64,000 nt of DNA from Nitrospirota bacterium (GCA_963710375.1 CAVPZX010000004.1:64001-128000); one strand, 5' to 3'; positions 50,180 through 58,854 are shown, numbered from the stretch's first letter. A program made the numbers and translations. The notes: generated from the sequence alone by a model not told the origin.

Positions 50180-51127
50180 TCATAAAATCGCATTGAAAAG
50201 ATAACCAACCATAATGATTCCCGTAGCAACAATACCGAAAAAGGTACAGATAAGCCTCATCTTCAGCACTTTCTTTAAAATTACCGCTTCGGGGAAGGAG
50301 ATTGCGGTAACCGACATCATAAAGGCCAGCACCGTCCCTATTGCCATTCCTTTTCCAACAAGGGCCTGGACAACCGGAATCATGCCGGCTGCGTTACTGT
50401 ATAAAGGAATGCCGATCAGCACTGCCACCAGCACACCGAAAGGGTTATCACGTCCGGCATATTTGACAACAAAGTCGGTCGGTACGTATCCGTGGACAAT
50501 CCCTCCCAACGCGATGCCGGCGATAACATAAGGCCATATCCTTTTCAGAAGGTCGGCAGTATAGTCAAGAGCATAATTAATCTTGTAATGGAAACTGGTT
50601 TTCATAATCTCCATGTTCGCCACTTCTGTTTCCCACACATAATCCTGGACATACTTTTCCATCCTGAACCTGCCGATGACGATGCCGGAGGCAATTGCCA
50701 GCACAACCCCGCAACCTGTGTAGATCAGGGAGATCTTCCACCCGAAAAGCCCCCATAACATAATCAAAGCTATTTCATTGACCATAGGGGACGAAATAAG
50801 AAAGGAGAATGTGACCCCCAGTGGTACCCCTGCTTCCACGAAACCGATGAAAAGGGGGACTGCTGAGCAGGAACAAAAAGGGGTGACGATTCCGAGCAGT
50901 GCTGCCATTACATTACCGATGTATTCCTTTTTATGAGACAATATAAGCCTGGTTTTTTCAGGTGGAAAATATGCCCGGATTACTGCCACCGCAAAGATGA
51001 TGGTGCATAGCAGCAGGAATATCTTTATAGTATCGTAGATGAAGAAATTGAGGGCTTCTCCAGCATGGCTCTTTGGCTGCAGCTTCAACAACGAATAAGT
51101 AATGTAATCCGCAAATTCCTGGAGCAT
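50180..51127 (-). CDS. arsP: ArsP-type (DUF318) permease
   Basis: TPFCSCSAVP, SSPMVNE, PLYSN, SFPE. Confidence 0.88.
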   Translation of the reverse strand: MLQEFADYITYSLLKLQPKSHAGEALNFFIYDTIKIFLLLCTIIFAVAVIRAYFPPEKTRLILSHKKEYIGNVMAALLGIVTPFCSCSAVPLFIGFVEAGVPLGVTFSFLISSPMVNEIALIMLWGLFGWKISLIYTGCGVVLAIASGIVIGRFRMEKYVQDYVWETEVANMEIMKTSFHYKINYALDYTADLLKRIWPYVIAGIALGGIVHGYVPTDFVVKYAGRDNPFGVLVAVLIGIPLYSNAAGMIPVVQALVGKGMAIGTVLAFMMSVTAISFPEAVILKKVLKMRLICTFFGIVATGIIMVGYLFNAIL

Positions 51128-51140
51128 TTCACCATCTCTA

Positions 51141-51193
51141 CATATCAACTTAATTTGATGTAATACTTTACCGCATGCTCATTTATTTGTCAA
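51141..51193 (-). promoter_or_regulatory. ars operon promoter (TTGACA-N17-TAAAGT) with ArsR-type operator ATCAA-N6-TTGAT
   Basis: -35 at 51188-51193, -10 at 51165-51170, palindrome at 51144-51159 just downstream of the -10. Confidence 0.75.
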
Positions 51194-51320
51194 GCTTCTT
51201 AACAAACTGGCCCACTAACAATAAAATAGACTAAAAGTCCTTTACCAACACTCGATTGCAGATCTTGACAAATACAAATAATTGAATATAAACTTCCTCT
51301 TGCAGTTAACGGTTCATGAA

Positions 51321-51617
51321 CTAACAGCAGTTGCTCTTCTTGTCGCTGCCACTGCAGTCACAGGAAGGTTCGCCGCCGGTCATCATACTGTTTATAAGAG
51401 CGAAAGCACAGCCTACTCCTTTGTTTACAGACACTGCATTAAAGGCGCAATTGTTCACGCAGGCCCCGCATTCCATACAACTGTCGCGGTCCTGAATTAT
51501 GGCCTTCTTATTATCCAGGGTAAAGACTTCATGTGGACAAACCTCCACGCACATCCCGCACCCTGTACACTTTTCCGGAAAGATCTCGATGGTTGACGCG
51601 TTTAAGAGGTACTTCAT
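51321..51617 (-). CDS. hgcB: Mercury methylation ferredoxin HgcB
   Basis: Two CxxCxxCxxxC motifs including CMECGAC, GVGCA and a C-terminal CC; ATG overlaps the hgcA stop. Confidence 0.96.
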   Translation of the reverse strand: MKYLLNASTIEIFPEKCTGCGMCVEVCPHEVFTLDNKKAIIQDRDSCMECGACVNNCAFNAVSVNKGVGCAFALINSMMTGGEPSCDCSGSDKKSNCC

Positions 51618-52741
51618 ATGACCCCCCACATGGTAAGTTTGTACATTATTAATAGAATCAATGAGACTCCGCAAGAAACAATATAGGTAGGGATAGCAAC
51701 TCGAAGTTCTTGTTTGACTCCCGACATCCCTGTAAACGTAGTTGATCCCGTGAACTGCAGGGCAATGAAAGAACTTGCCGCAGGGAAGAAAAGGTAAGTG
51801 ACCATAAGAAGAAAAGTGTTTTGTTGAATGAGCAATGGAACAAATTTTGACGACAGAAAAACAGAAAGCATCCCGATTATCCACCCCTTGACTGCAAAAG
51901 ACCTGAAGGGGACATAGGGCAGAATCACAGGAGTCAACAGCGCACCAGAAAAGACAGATACAAGGCCTAAAAGCAGAAAGGGCAAGCCCCCGGTGTATGC
52001 GTCTTTAAACATGATGCCTGATGGTGAAAGTCCAAAGACAACCAGGACAAGTGCTGCGTATAACGGGAATTTCTTCATTGCAGGATTGATCTCCATTGGA
52101 GTAAGGACCAATCTGTCGTAAACGGGGAAATTTACCCTCCGCATTTCCCTCGTCGCTTTATACCCCGCCTTGATATAAGCGGGTATATCTTTGGCGCGCA
52201 CCGGTCCGTAAAGGACCTTGAAACCAGAAGACTGTTTTACCTTAAAGGCGCTGACACCTGGCGCTCCAAGCTGGGGGACGATAATCCGCCTGTGGGCCAC
52301 CACCTTGTCCAACTGTGCCGCTGAAATGCGCTTTACCAATTCGGCGGTGCCAAACGTTCCCTTTCCAGCTGCACACCAGACATTAATACCTTTCGTGTCC
52401 AGAACAAGAATCCAGGCATCAAGTCCTTTAAGTGAGCATCTGAGCAAGTCAAAGCTGTATTTATAATTTGCACTGACAAGGACATCCGAGTCCCTGTCAG
52501 GGTCGCCGACAGCGTATAGACCGGCATTGACCGTATAATTGTTCCTGTATGAAGTTGTTCTGCATTTGAAATGTTCCCACTGATCGGTCCTCGAAAGAAC
52601 AGTTGATACCCGGTGAACTGACCCTATCGGCGTCGCAACATTGCCGCTGACCCAATCCGGAGTATTTTTCAGCGACACACTACAGCATGTCTGCCCCGGC
52701 ATCTGATTTTCCAATCTGGATCTGAATTTAAGTTCCTGCAT
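51614..52741 (-). CDS. hgcA: Mercury methylation corrinoid protein HgcA
   Basis: SANYK, cap-helix GINVWCAAGKGTF, PQLGAPGV, C-terminal TM region with FTGSTTFT. Confidence 0.97.
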   Translation of the reverse strand: MQELKFRSRLENQMPGQTCCSVSLKNTPDWVSGNVATPIGSVHRVSTVLSRTDQWEHFKCRTTSYRNNYTVNAGLYAVGDPDRDSDVLVSANYKYSFDLLRCSLKGLDAWILVLDTKGINVWCAAGKGTFGTAELVKRISAAQLDKVVAHRRIIVPQLGAPGVSAFKVKQSSGFKVLYGPVRAKDIPAYIKAGYKATREMRRVNFPVYDRLVLTPMEINPAMKKFPLYAALVLVVFGLSPSGIMFKDAYTGGLPFLLLGLVSVFSGALLTPVILPYVPFRSFAVKGWIIGMLSVFLSSKFVPLLIQQNTFLLMVTYLFFPAASSFIALQFTGSTTFTGMSGVKQELRVAIPTYIVSCGVSLILLIMYKLTMWGVI

Positions 52742-52753
52742 ATTCGAAAACTC

Positions 52754-53038
52754 TTACAGTATTTCCTTGAGTATAGGACCTAGCTGGCCTTTGACCATTT
52801 CGACCATGTCTTCAACCTTAATCAGGGTTATACAGCATACCTCTCCATTCTTCTCCCAACTGGTCACTGCCAGTTTGTCGCCGGCCTTGATCTTGGCCTT
52901 GTCCCGCAATTCCTTGGGCAGCACCATTTGTCCTCTTTCATCCACACTAATGATAGACTCGACCTTGCAGCTTGCATTTGTCCTGTTCGAGGATATGCCG
53001 CAGGTCACACTCTCTTGTTTTTTCATGTTGCTCTCCAC
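52754..53038 (-). CDS. hgcC: HgcAB-associated AbrB/MazE-type DNA-binding protein (HgcC)
   Basis: CKVESIISVDERGQMVLPKELR...AGDKL...VCC; directly upstream of hgcA. Confidence 0.85.
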   Translation of the reverse strand: MESNMKKQESVTCGISSNRTNASCKVESIISVDERGQMVLPKELRDKAKIKAGDKLAVTSWEKNGEVCCITLIKVEDMVEMVKGQLGPILKEIL

Positions 53039-53048
53039 CTCAATTATC

Positions 53049-53299
53049 TTGCAATTCAGACGGTGTAATGAAGGATGTGTCTCTGAAGCGAATCGCGGAG
53101 TCCTGGTAACAGTTCTCGGCGAAGTGAGCGTCTAACAGGCGCAATGTCCGAGCCCGAAGAACCGGGGTCCCCAAAAAGTCGAAGACTTTGTGGGGTGGCG
53201 GAAGAGTTTTGCGACTGTAGCGAACAAGCCGTTAGAACTGTCAGGATGTAGCGCCTGAGCGCAAAAGACACATCCTTCATTACACCGTCTGAATTGCAA
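53049..53299. mobile_element. MITE family C, copy 2 (34-bp perfect TIRs, nested ~40-bp insert) in the hgc leader
   Basis: TTGCAATTCAGACGGTGTAATGAAGGATGTGTCT...AGACACATCCTTCATTACACCGTCTGAATTGCAA. Confidence 0.88.
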
Positions 53300-53316
53300 T
53301 GATTTATACTCCATCA

Positions 53317-53357
53317 CTGAATATTCTGATTATACTGATATAAGTTATTAATGTCAA
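53317..53357 (-). promoter_or_regulatory. Perfect sigma70 promoter (TTGACA-N17-TATAAT) for hgcCAB, overlapped by three 9-bp direct repeats
   Basis: -35 at 53352-53357, -10 at 53329-53334; CTGAATATT/CTGATTATA/CTGATATAA at 53317-53343. Confidence 0.85.
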
Positions 53358-53428
53358 TACCGACTGCGGCGTGTTTTAGCCCACACATGTTGTTGCTTCT
53401 TTCCCCTGAACAGAATACAATGTGTTAT

Positions 53429-54034
53429 ATGAATATGTTAGATCCGTTTCTGCTGACAATCATTCCGCTCATGGTCGCCATAGACGCGCCAGGGGTGCTG
53501 CCTTTTTACCTGGTGATGACCGAAGGCATAGACCGGCGTGAGAAAAAGAGGATAGCGCGGGAATCTGTCTTCACGGCGCTGCTGATCACGCTGCTGTTTG
53601 TTCTCCTGGGAAGGGCGGTATTCAAAATACTCGGCATTTTGGTTGAGGATTTTATGATCGCCGGCGGGATATTATTGTTGGTTATTTCGATTTCAGACCT
53701 GCTGACTGCCGGAAACGGTAGAACGGCTGTGTCAACGACATCAGGCCCGGCGTCAGGTATAGTTCCGCTCGGGACACCGCTGCTGGCGGGTCCAGCCACC
53801 CTGACAACCTGCCTTTTACTCGTGGGGAATTATGGGTATTTTCCGGTTATTCTTTCGCTCATTATAAATCTCATTCTGGCCTGGTTATTATTTGACAAGG
53901 CCGACGTTATTATAAGAAAAATCGGGGTGAATGGAGCCCGAGGCATTACGCGGCTGGCCTCACTACTGCTTGCTGCTATAGCTGTGAGGATGATACGCCT
54001 GGGTATTTTACGGCTTATAAATAGCGGTCAATAA
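53429..54034 (+). CDS. MarC family integral membrane protein
   Basis: IDAPG..P, FMIAGGILL, VPLGTPLLAGPA. Confidence 0.9.
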   Translation: MNMLDPFLLTIIPLMVAIDAPGVLPFYLVMTEGIDRREKKRIARESVFTALLITLLFVLLGRAVFKILGILVEDFMIAGGILLLVISISDLLTAGNGRTAVSTTSGPASGIVPLGTPLLAGPATLTTCLLLVGNYGYFPVILSLIINLILAWLLFDKADVIIRKIGVNGARGITRLASLLLAAIAVRMIRLGILRLINSGQ

Positions 54035-55271
54035 TTACGTTCACTCTTGTTCCTTTCCCATACTCGCTTTCGATCCTCATGCTCCAGCCGTGAGCGCCTA
54101 CCAGGTGCTTTACGATGGCGAGTCCGAGACCTGTACCCCCTAATTCTCTGGAACGTGCGCTGTCAACGCGGTAAAACCGCTCCCCAAGCCTGTTCAGGTA
54201 TCGCGAGGGGATACCGATACCCGTATCCTGCACGAAAAGGGCGACTCTCCCCCCGGTTTCATCAATGCCCACAGTTACGCCGCCTTTTTCGGTGAATTTG
54301 ATGCCGTTATCCACGAGATTGATTATAATTTGAATAAGCTTATCTTTGTCTGCGGCAATGGCCTGAGTACTTTGAAGTAGTTCTTTACTCAGAGAAAGCC
54401 CTTTTTTGTCCGCCTTATCTTTGAGCATCATGAAAACGGTATCTATCACCTGATCAAGGCTGACTTCCGTTTTGTTGATTTTGACATCGCCGAGTTCGAT
54501 TCCGGACAGCGCGAGCAAGTCATCAACAAGGCTGTTAAGACGCTCGCTGTGGTTTTTGATCATTATAAGAAACCTGACTGAATTGTCCTTATCATCAAGC
54601 GCGCCATCGAGCAATGTTTCGGCAAACCCCTTTATCGCGGTTATCGGCGTCTTGATTTCATGGGACACATTGGCGACAAAATCCTTTCTCACTTCTTCGA
54701 GTTGTCTCAACCTCGTAATGTCATGGAGTGTGAGGACAATACCCCTTACGGAGTCCTCACTGTAAATGGGCACCGCTGTTGCAATGAGAAACATTTCCCT
54801 GTTGCCACGCGTTACTGTGATTTCATCCGAGACAATCTCCCACGACTCTAAGGCCCTCCGCACAATTTCGATCAGCTGTGCATTGCGCACGACATCCATG
54901 ATCTGTTTGCCCTCGATATTCTCGGTAACCGAAAGAAGCTTTTTGAAGGTGCGGTTGGCCAGAATTACCGTATCGTGCGCGTCGGTTATAAGCACGCCGT
55001 CCGACATGCCCCTGAGTATGGCTTCCATCCTCTGCATCTCAGCTTCGGCAAAACCGAGCCGCATATTTGTTTTCTCAATAATGGCGACAATGTCCCTGGC
55101 CATCGAATCCAGTTTGCCGGATTTGTTTGTGAAAAGCCGCGCGTTCAGGTTGCCTGAGGAAAGCTCTTTGAGCAGGTTGGAAATTGCATTTACAGACAGG
55201 TGCAAGCGGATGACATAGATGACAAAAAACAATACGATGAGCGAGAGGATGACAATGACCCGAGTTTCCAT
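54015..55271 (-). CDS. phoR: PhoR-like sensor histidine kinase (HAMP-PAS-HisKA-HATPase)
   Basis: DFVANVSHEIKTPITAI.GF.ETL, ERFYRVDSARSRELGGTGLGL. Confidence 0.85.
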   Translation of the reverse strand: METRVIVILSLIVLFFVIYVIRLHLSVNAISNLLKELSSGNLNARLFTNKSGKLDSMARDIVAIIEKTNMRLGFAEAEMQRMEAILRGMSDGVLITDAHDTVILANRTFKKLLSVTENIEGKQIMDVVRNAQLIEIVRRALESWEIVSDEITVTRGNREMFLIATAVPIYSEDSVRGIVLTLHDITRLRQLEEVRKDFVANVSHEIKTPITAIKGFAETLLDGALDDKDNSVRFLIMIKNHSERLNSLVDDLLALSGIELGDVKINKTEVSLDQVIDTVFMMLKDKADKKGLSLSKELLQSTQAIAADKDKLIQIIINLVDNGIKFTEKGGVTVGIDETGGRVALFVQDTGIGIPSRYLNRLGERFYRVDSARSRELGGTGLGLAIVKHLVGAHGWSMRIESEYGKGTRVNVIIDRYL

Positions 55272-55982
55272 TTACCCTTCGAAAAAGTAGCCGATTCCCC
55301 TCATCGTCTTTATGTACCTGGGGTTGTTGGGGTCGTCCTCGATCTTTGTACGCAACCTCCGGATGTGGACATCGACTGTCCTTGGTTCGACAAAGACATC
55401 ATCGCCCCATACAGCATCAAGGAGGTGCTCTCTATTGTAGATCTTGTTGGGCCGCTCGCAGAGGTAAAGGAGCAGTTTGAATTCGGTAGCGCTCAGCTTA
55501 AGCTGTTTATTTCCCACGGTCACGAGGTATTTCTCTTTATCTATAGTTATGTCCCGCATCTTCAGAAGCTGTCCGGTTCTCTGCTCCTCATCGGCAGTCA
55601 CGGGCTTCTGGTGCTCTGCTCTCCTCAAAATTGCCTTGACCCTGGCAACGAGCTCTCTCGGGCTGAAAGGTTTAGTCATATAATCGTCAGCGCCTATTTC
55701 AAGCCCAAGCACCTTGTCCACCTCTTCTCCTTTTGCGGTAAGCATGACGATAGGAGTGGGAGCTATAGTGGGATCATTTCGTATTATCCTGCATAATTCA
55801 AGCCCCTGCACACCCGGCAGCATAAGATCCAGGACGATGAGTTCATAAGGTGCGGACCTGATCTTTTTCAGGGCAGTCTCGCCGTCGAAGGCCGCATCTA
55901 CGGCGAAGCCTTCTTTCTTCAAATTGTAAGAGACCAGTTCTACAATATCTTTTTCGTCATCAATAACAAGAATGGTTTTCAA
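55272..55982 (-). CDS. phoB: PhoB-like OmpR family response regulator
   Basis: LDLMLP, GADDYMTKPFS, RTVDVHIRRLR, adjacent to phoR. Confidence 0.85.
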   Translation of the reverse strand: MKTILVIDDEKDIVELVSYNLKKEGFAVDAAFDGETALKKIRSAPYELIVLDLMLPGVQGLELCRIIRNDPTIAPTPIVMLTAKGEEVDKVLGLEIGADDYMTKPFSPRELVARVKAILRRAEHQKPVTADEEQRTGQLLKMRDITIDKEKYLVTVGNKQLKLSATEFKLLLYLCERPNKIYNREHLLDAVWGDDVFVEPRTVDVHIRRLRTKIEDDPNNPRYIKTMRGIGYFFEG

Positions 55983-57058
55983 TGTCCCACTATCCTTTTC
56001 AATATTTTCAAATCAACACCCTTATGGATTACAACTTTTCCTATGTCTTTTGGCAGAATAAATTTCATTTCACCTGCCGTTGCCTTTTTGTCCATTGAAA
56101 TGAGCGAAATTAGTTTATCACCATTCATATCTTTTGGCAATTCAGAGGGCAGTCCATATGCGCTGACAACTGATTTTATTCTTTCGGCGCAAGCACTCTC
56201 TAACATACCCAGCTCCTCAGAAAGACGCGCCGCCAGGCACATGCCAATGGCGACAGCCTCTCCGTGCAGATATTTTGAATACCCTGTTTCGGTTTCCACT
56301 GCATGGCCGATGGTATGGCCGTAATTCAGGATAGCCCTGAGTCCTGACTCCCGTTCATCTATTGATACAACTTCAGCCTTTATCTGGCAGGAGCGTTTTA
56401 CAAGATAGCTTATGATGTCCGCGTCGAGATTGAGTATAGCCTGCCGTTTCTCTTCCAGGACACCGAACAGCCCCGCATCCCATATAACGCCATATTTTAT
56501 TATCTCTGCTATGCCGCACAATAATTCACTTCCCGGAAGTGAACGGAGAGTGCTGATATCGGTCCAAACAAGCCTGGGCTGATGGAATGTCCCGATCATG
56601 TTCTTCCCTGCAGCGTGATTCACACCGGTCTTGCCGCCCACAGAGCTATCGACCTGCGCGAGCAGCGTTGTTGGTATATGTATAAGATGTATACCGCGCA
56701 TATAGAGAGAGCCGGCGAAACCGGCCATATCGCCGATCACCCCTCCGCCCAGTGCAACAACGCAGGAATTCCGGTCGAGCCTGTTTTTAAGGAGGTCGGT
56801 CAGTATGTGGTAACTCCAGAAATAATCTTTATATTCCTCCCCGTCGGGAACAAGTGTGCTGAAGCAGTTGAACCCGGCATCGTTCAACGAGCGCATTACC
56901 TCTTCGCCGTAAAGTCCGAAAACGGTCGGGTTGCTGACAATCCCAATGGTGGGGCTGAACCCGAACCGGGCCGCTCTTTCACCTATGCCGGAAAGCGTGC
57001 CGCTGCCGATCTCAATATCATAGCTTCTTTCCCCAAGTCCTACAGTAACTTTTTCCAT
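55979..57058 (-). CDS. aroB: 3-dehydroquinate synthase
   Basis: GGGVIGD, PTTLLAQVDSSVGGKT, LNYGHTIGHA, HGEAVA. Confidence 0.97.
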   Translation of the reverse strand: MEKVTVGLGERSYDIEIGSGTLSGIGERAARFGFSPTIGIVSNPTVFGLYGEEVMRSLNDAGFNCFSTLVPDGEEYKDYFWSYHILTDLLKNRLDRNSCVVALGGGVIGDMAGFAGSLYMRGIHLIHIPTTLLAQVDSSVGGKTGVNHAAGKNMIGTFHQPRLVWTDISTLRSLPGSELLCGIAEIIKYGVIWDAGLFGVLEEKRQAILNLDADIISYLVKRSCQIKAEVVSIDERESGLRAILNYGHTIGHAVETETGYSKYLHGEAVAIGMCLAARLSEELGMLESACAERIKSVVSAYGLPSELPKDMNGDKLISLISMDKKATAGEMKFILPKDIGKVVIHKGVDLKILKRIVGH

Positions 57059-57063
57059 TATCC

Positions 57064-57573
57064 CTACTGCCTACTCCCTGCCGTCTTTATTATCTCCTCC
57101 GCTACCTGAAGCGGGCTTATATTGTCCGTATTTATTATTATATCCGCTTTTTCGTAATAAGGTCTTCTGAATTCATACAGTTCCCTTATCTTCTGCAGAG
57201 GATCGGCGACCTGCAGGAGCGGCCTGTCCTTACTCGTGCTTGTCCTGCTGAGTATTGTCTCCGGGGTCGCCTCCAGGCAGACAATAACCCAGTTGCCCCT
57301 GAGTGCATCCATGTTCTCATCTCTCAATACCGCACCCCCGCCTGTTGACAGGACAGCTTTTTTCAGGACGGACAGCCTTTTTATCATTGCAGATTCCATG
57401 TCCCTGAATGCGGCCTCTCCGAGCCGGTTAAAAATGTCCGCTATCGTTGTATTTTGCTCTCTTTCTATTTCGGCATCCGAATCGATCAGAACAAAACCGA
57501 GCTTTTGTGACAATATTTTCCCCACCTCTGTTTTTCCGGTTCCCATAAAACCGGTCAAAACTATATTCTTCAC
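57064..57573 (-). CDS. aroK: Shikimate kinase
   Basis: GFMGTGKT, GE..FR..E, STGGG, RPLL. Confidence 0.96.
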   Translation of the reverse strand: MKNIVLTGFMGTGKTEVGKILSQKLGFVLIDSDAEIEREQNTTIADIFNRLGEAAFRDMESAMIKRLSVLKKAVLSTGGGAVLRDENMDALRGNWVIVCLEATPETILSRTSTSKDRPLLQVADPLQKIRELYEFRRPYYEKADIIINTDNISPLQVAEEIIKTAGSRQ

Positions 57574-57618
57574 ATGTCCTCCGGTCTCATTGAATTCTTT
57601 TATGGTAAAATATAGGCC

Positions 57619-58158
57619 ATGAAATATTTTTATTATACAGGAATTTTATTTATTATTTTTCTTGTTTTACCCGACTCTCCTTCCTCTGCTATAACCCCTG
57701 GCGCTCTCTTTCATGTGACTCGCATCCAGGACGGCAATACCATTTGCATTCGAGTGAAGAGCTTCGCAGGCATTCCCCTCAAGGTCGAGCGCGTCAGGCT
57801 GATAGGCAGTGATGCCCCGGAACTTGAGCAGGAGCCATGGGGAAGGCCGGCAAAAAGACAACTTAGAAAGCTTATCGGCGAAAGCTCCTGGGTTGTTAAT
57901 GTCGAGTTTGATTCACAGCAGCGGGACTCGGATGGAAGACTCCTGGCCTATATCTGGAATAAAAAGGGTGAATTGATCAATGAGAAACTCATTGAAGGAG
58001 GCTTTGCAGTGCTCAATACGTTGCCGCCGAACGTCAAGTATATTGACCGGCTTGCCGCGGCACAGAAAAAGGCACAGTCGGCAAGGGCCGGCATCTGGAA
58101 AAGCGGAGGACTTAAAGAGTCCCCCGAACAATGGAGAATTAATCACACTAAAAAGTAA
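57619..58158 (+). CDS. Thermonuclease (SNase) family secreted protein
   Basis: DGNT, RVRLIGSDAPE, GRLLAY, INEKLI..G.A, A..AR.GIW. Confidence 0.88.
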   Translation: MKYFYYTGILFIIFLVLPDSPSSAITPGALFHVTRIQDGNTICIRVKSFAGIPLKVERVRLIGSDAPELEQEPWGRPAKRQLRKLIGESSWVVNVEFDSQQRDSDGRLLAYIWNKKGELINEKLIEGGFAVLNTLPPNVKYIDRLAAAQKKAQSARAGIWKSGGLKESPEQWRINHTKK

Positions 58159-58229
58159 AAAGAAGACTTGTAGGCAAAAAAAGTTTTTTCACTTTTCACC
58201 TTTCACTTATTACTTCTCACTTCTTACTT
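58151..58229. repeat. Heptamer tandem repeat (TTTCACT-like)n between convergent genes
   Basis: TTTTCAC TTTTCAC CTTTCAC TTATTAC TTCTCAC TTCTTAC. Confidence 0.7.
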
Positions 58230-58232
58230 GTT

Positions 58233-58640
58233 TTATACGATTCCCTTGCTGTTAAAATATGGACCGTATTTTTTGTCGGTGCCGAGTATATGCTTTGATA
58301 GCCAGTCTTTCAGGAATTGCATAAGTTCAATGGTAAGCACAGTCTTGCCTTCTTGGAACTGCTTTTGGAGATCCAAGGCCTGCTTCGTCAGCGCGTCATG
58401 CTCAAACTTGTGTTTAGTATATTCCGGGTAGGCGCTCTCTTTCATGAGCTTTTCTTCTGTAGCAAAATGGCTTGCCACGTATTGAACAAGCCCTGAAAGC
58501 ACATTGCCTGTGACGTCGCTGCCCTTGCCCTGTTTCATAGCGTCGTGCAGATCGTTCAAAATCCCCACCAGCTTCTTGTGCTGCTCATCGATTTGCGACA
58601 CGTTAACACTAAAGTTGTCACTCCATACCATCAACGCCAT
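58233..58640 (-). CDS. Bacteriohemerythrin
   Basis: W....SV....IDEQHKKL, HF..EE.LM, H...H, WL..HI...D..Y. Confidence 0.95.
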   Translation of the reverse strand: MALMVWSDNFSVNVSQIDEQHKKLVGILNDLHDAMKQGKGSDVTGNVLSGLVQYVASHFATEEKLMKESAYPEYTKHKFEHDALTKQALDLQKQFQEGKTVLTIELMQFLKDWLSKHILGTDKKYGPYFNSKGIV

Positions 58641-58854
58641 ATTAACTACCTCCTTCTTTCAGTTCTTTATTTTAAACAGGATTTAAAATTTAGAGCAAAA
58701 GTTATGCCAGGTGGGACAAAGCATTATCTTGTTGATTTGCCGGTATTCTTAGCGACAATCGTTCACCGGTGCTATTGTAATAATTCCAATGCTTGTTGAT
58801 TTTCTATGTCTATATTGAATGGTTGAAATCTTTTATTTTTAACACCTTTTTTTA

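Noticed and set aside
51321..51884. 187-aa N-terminally extended HgcB or an hgcAB fusion
   Set aside because: The extension overlaps hgcA in another frame; the true start is ATG 51617 at the hgcA stop, so the genes are separate
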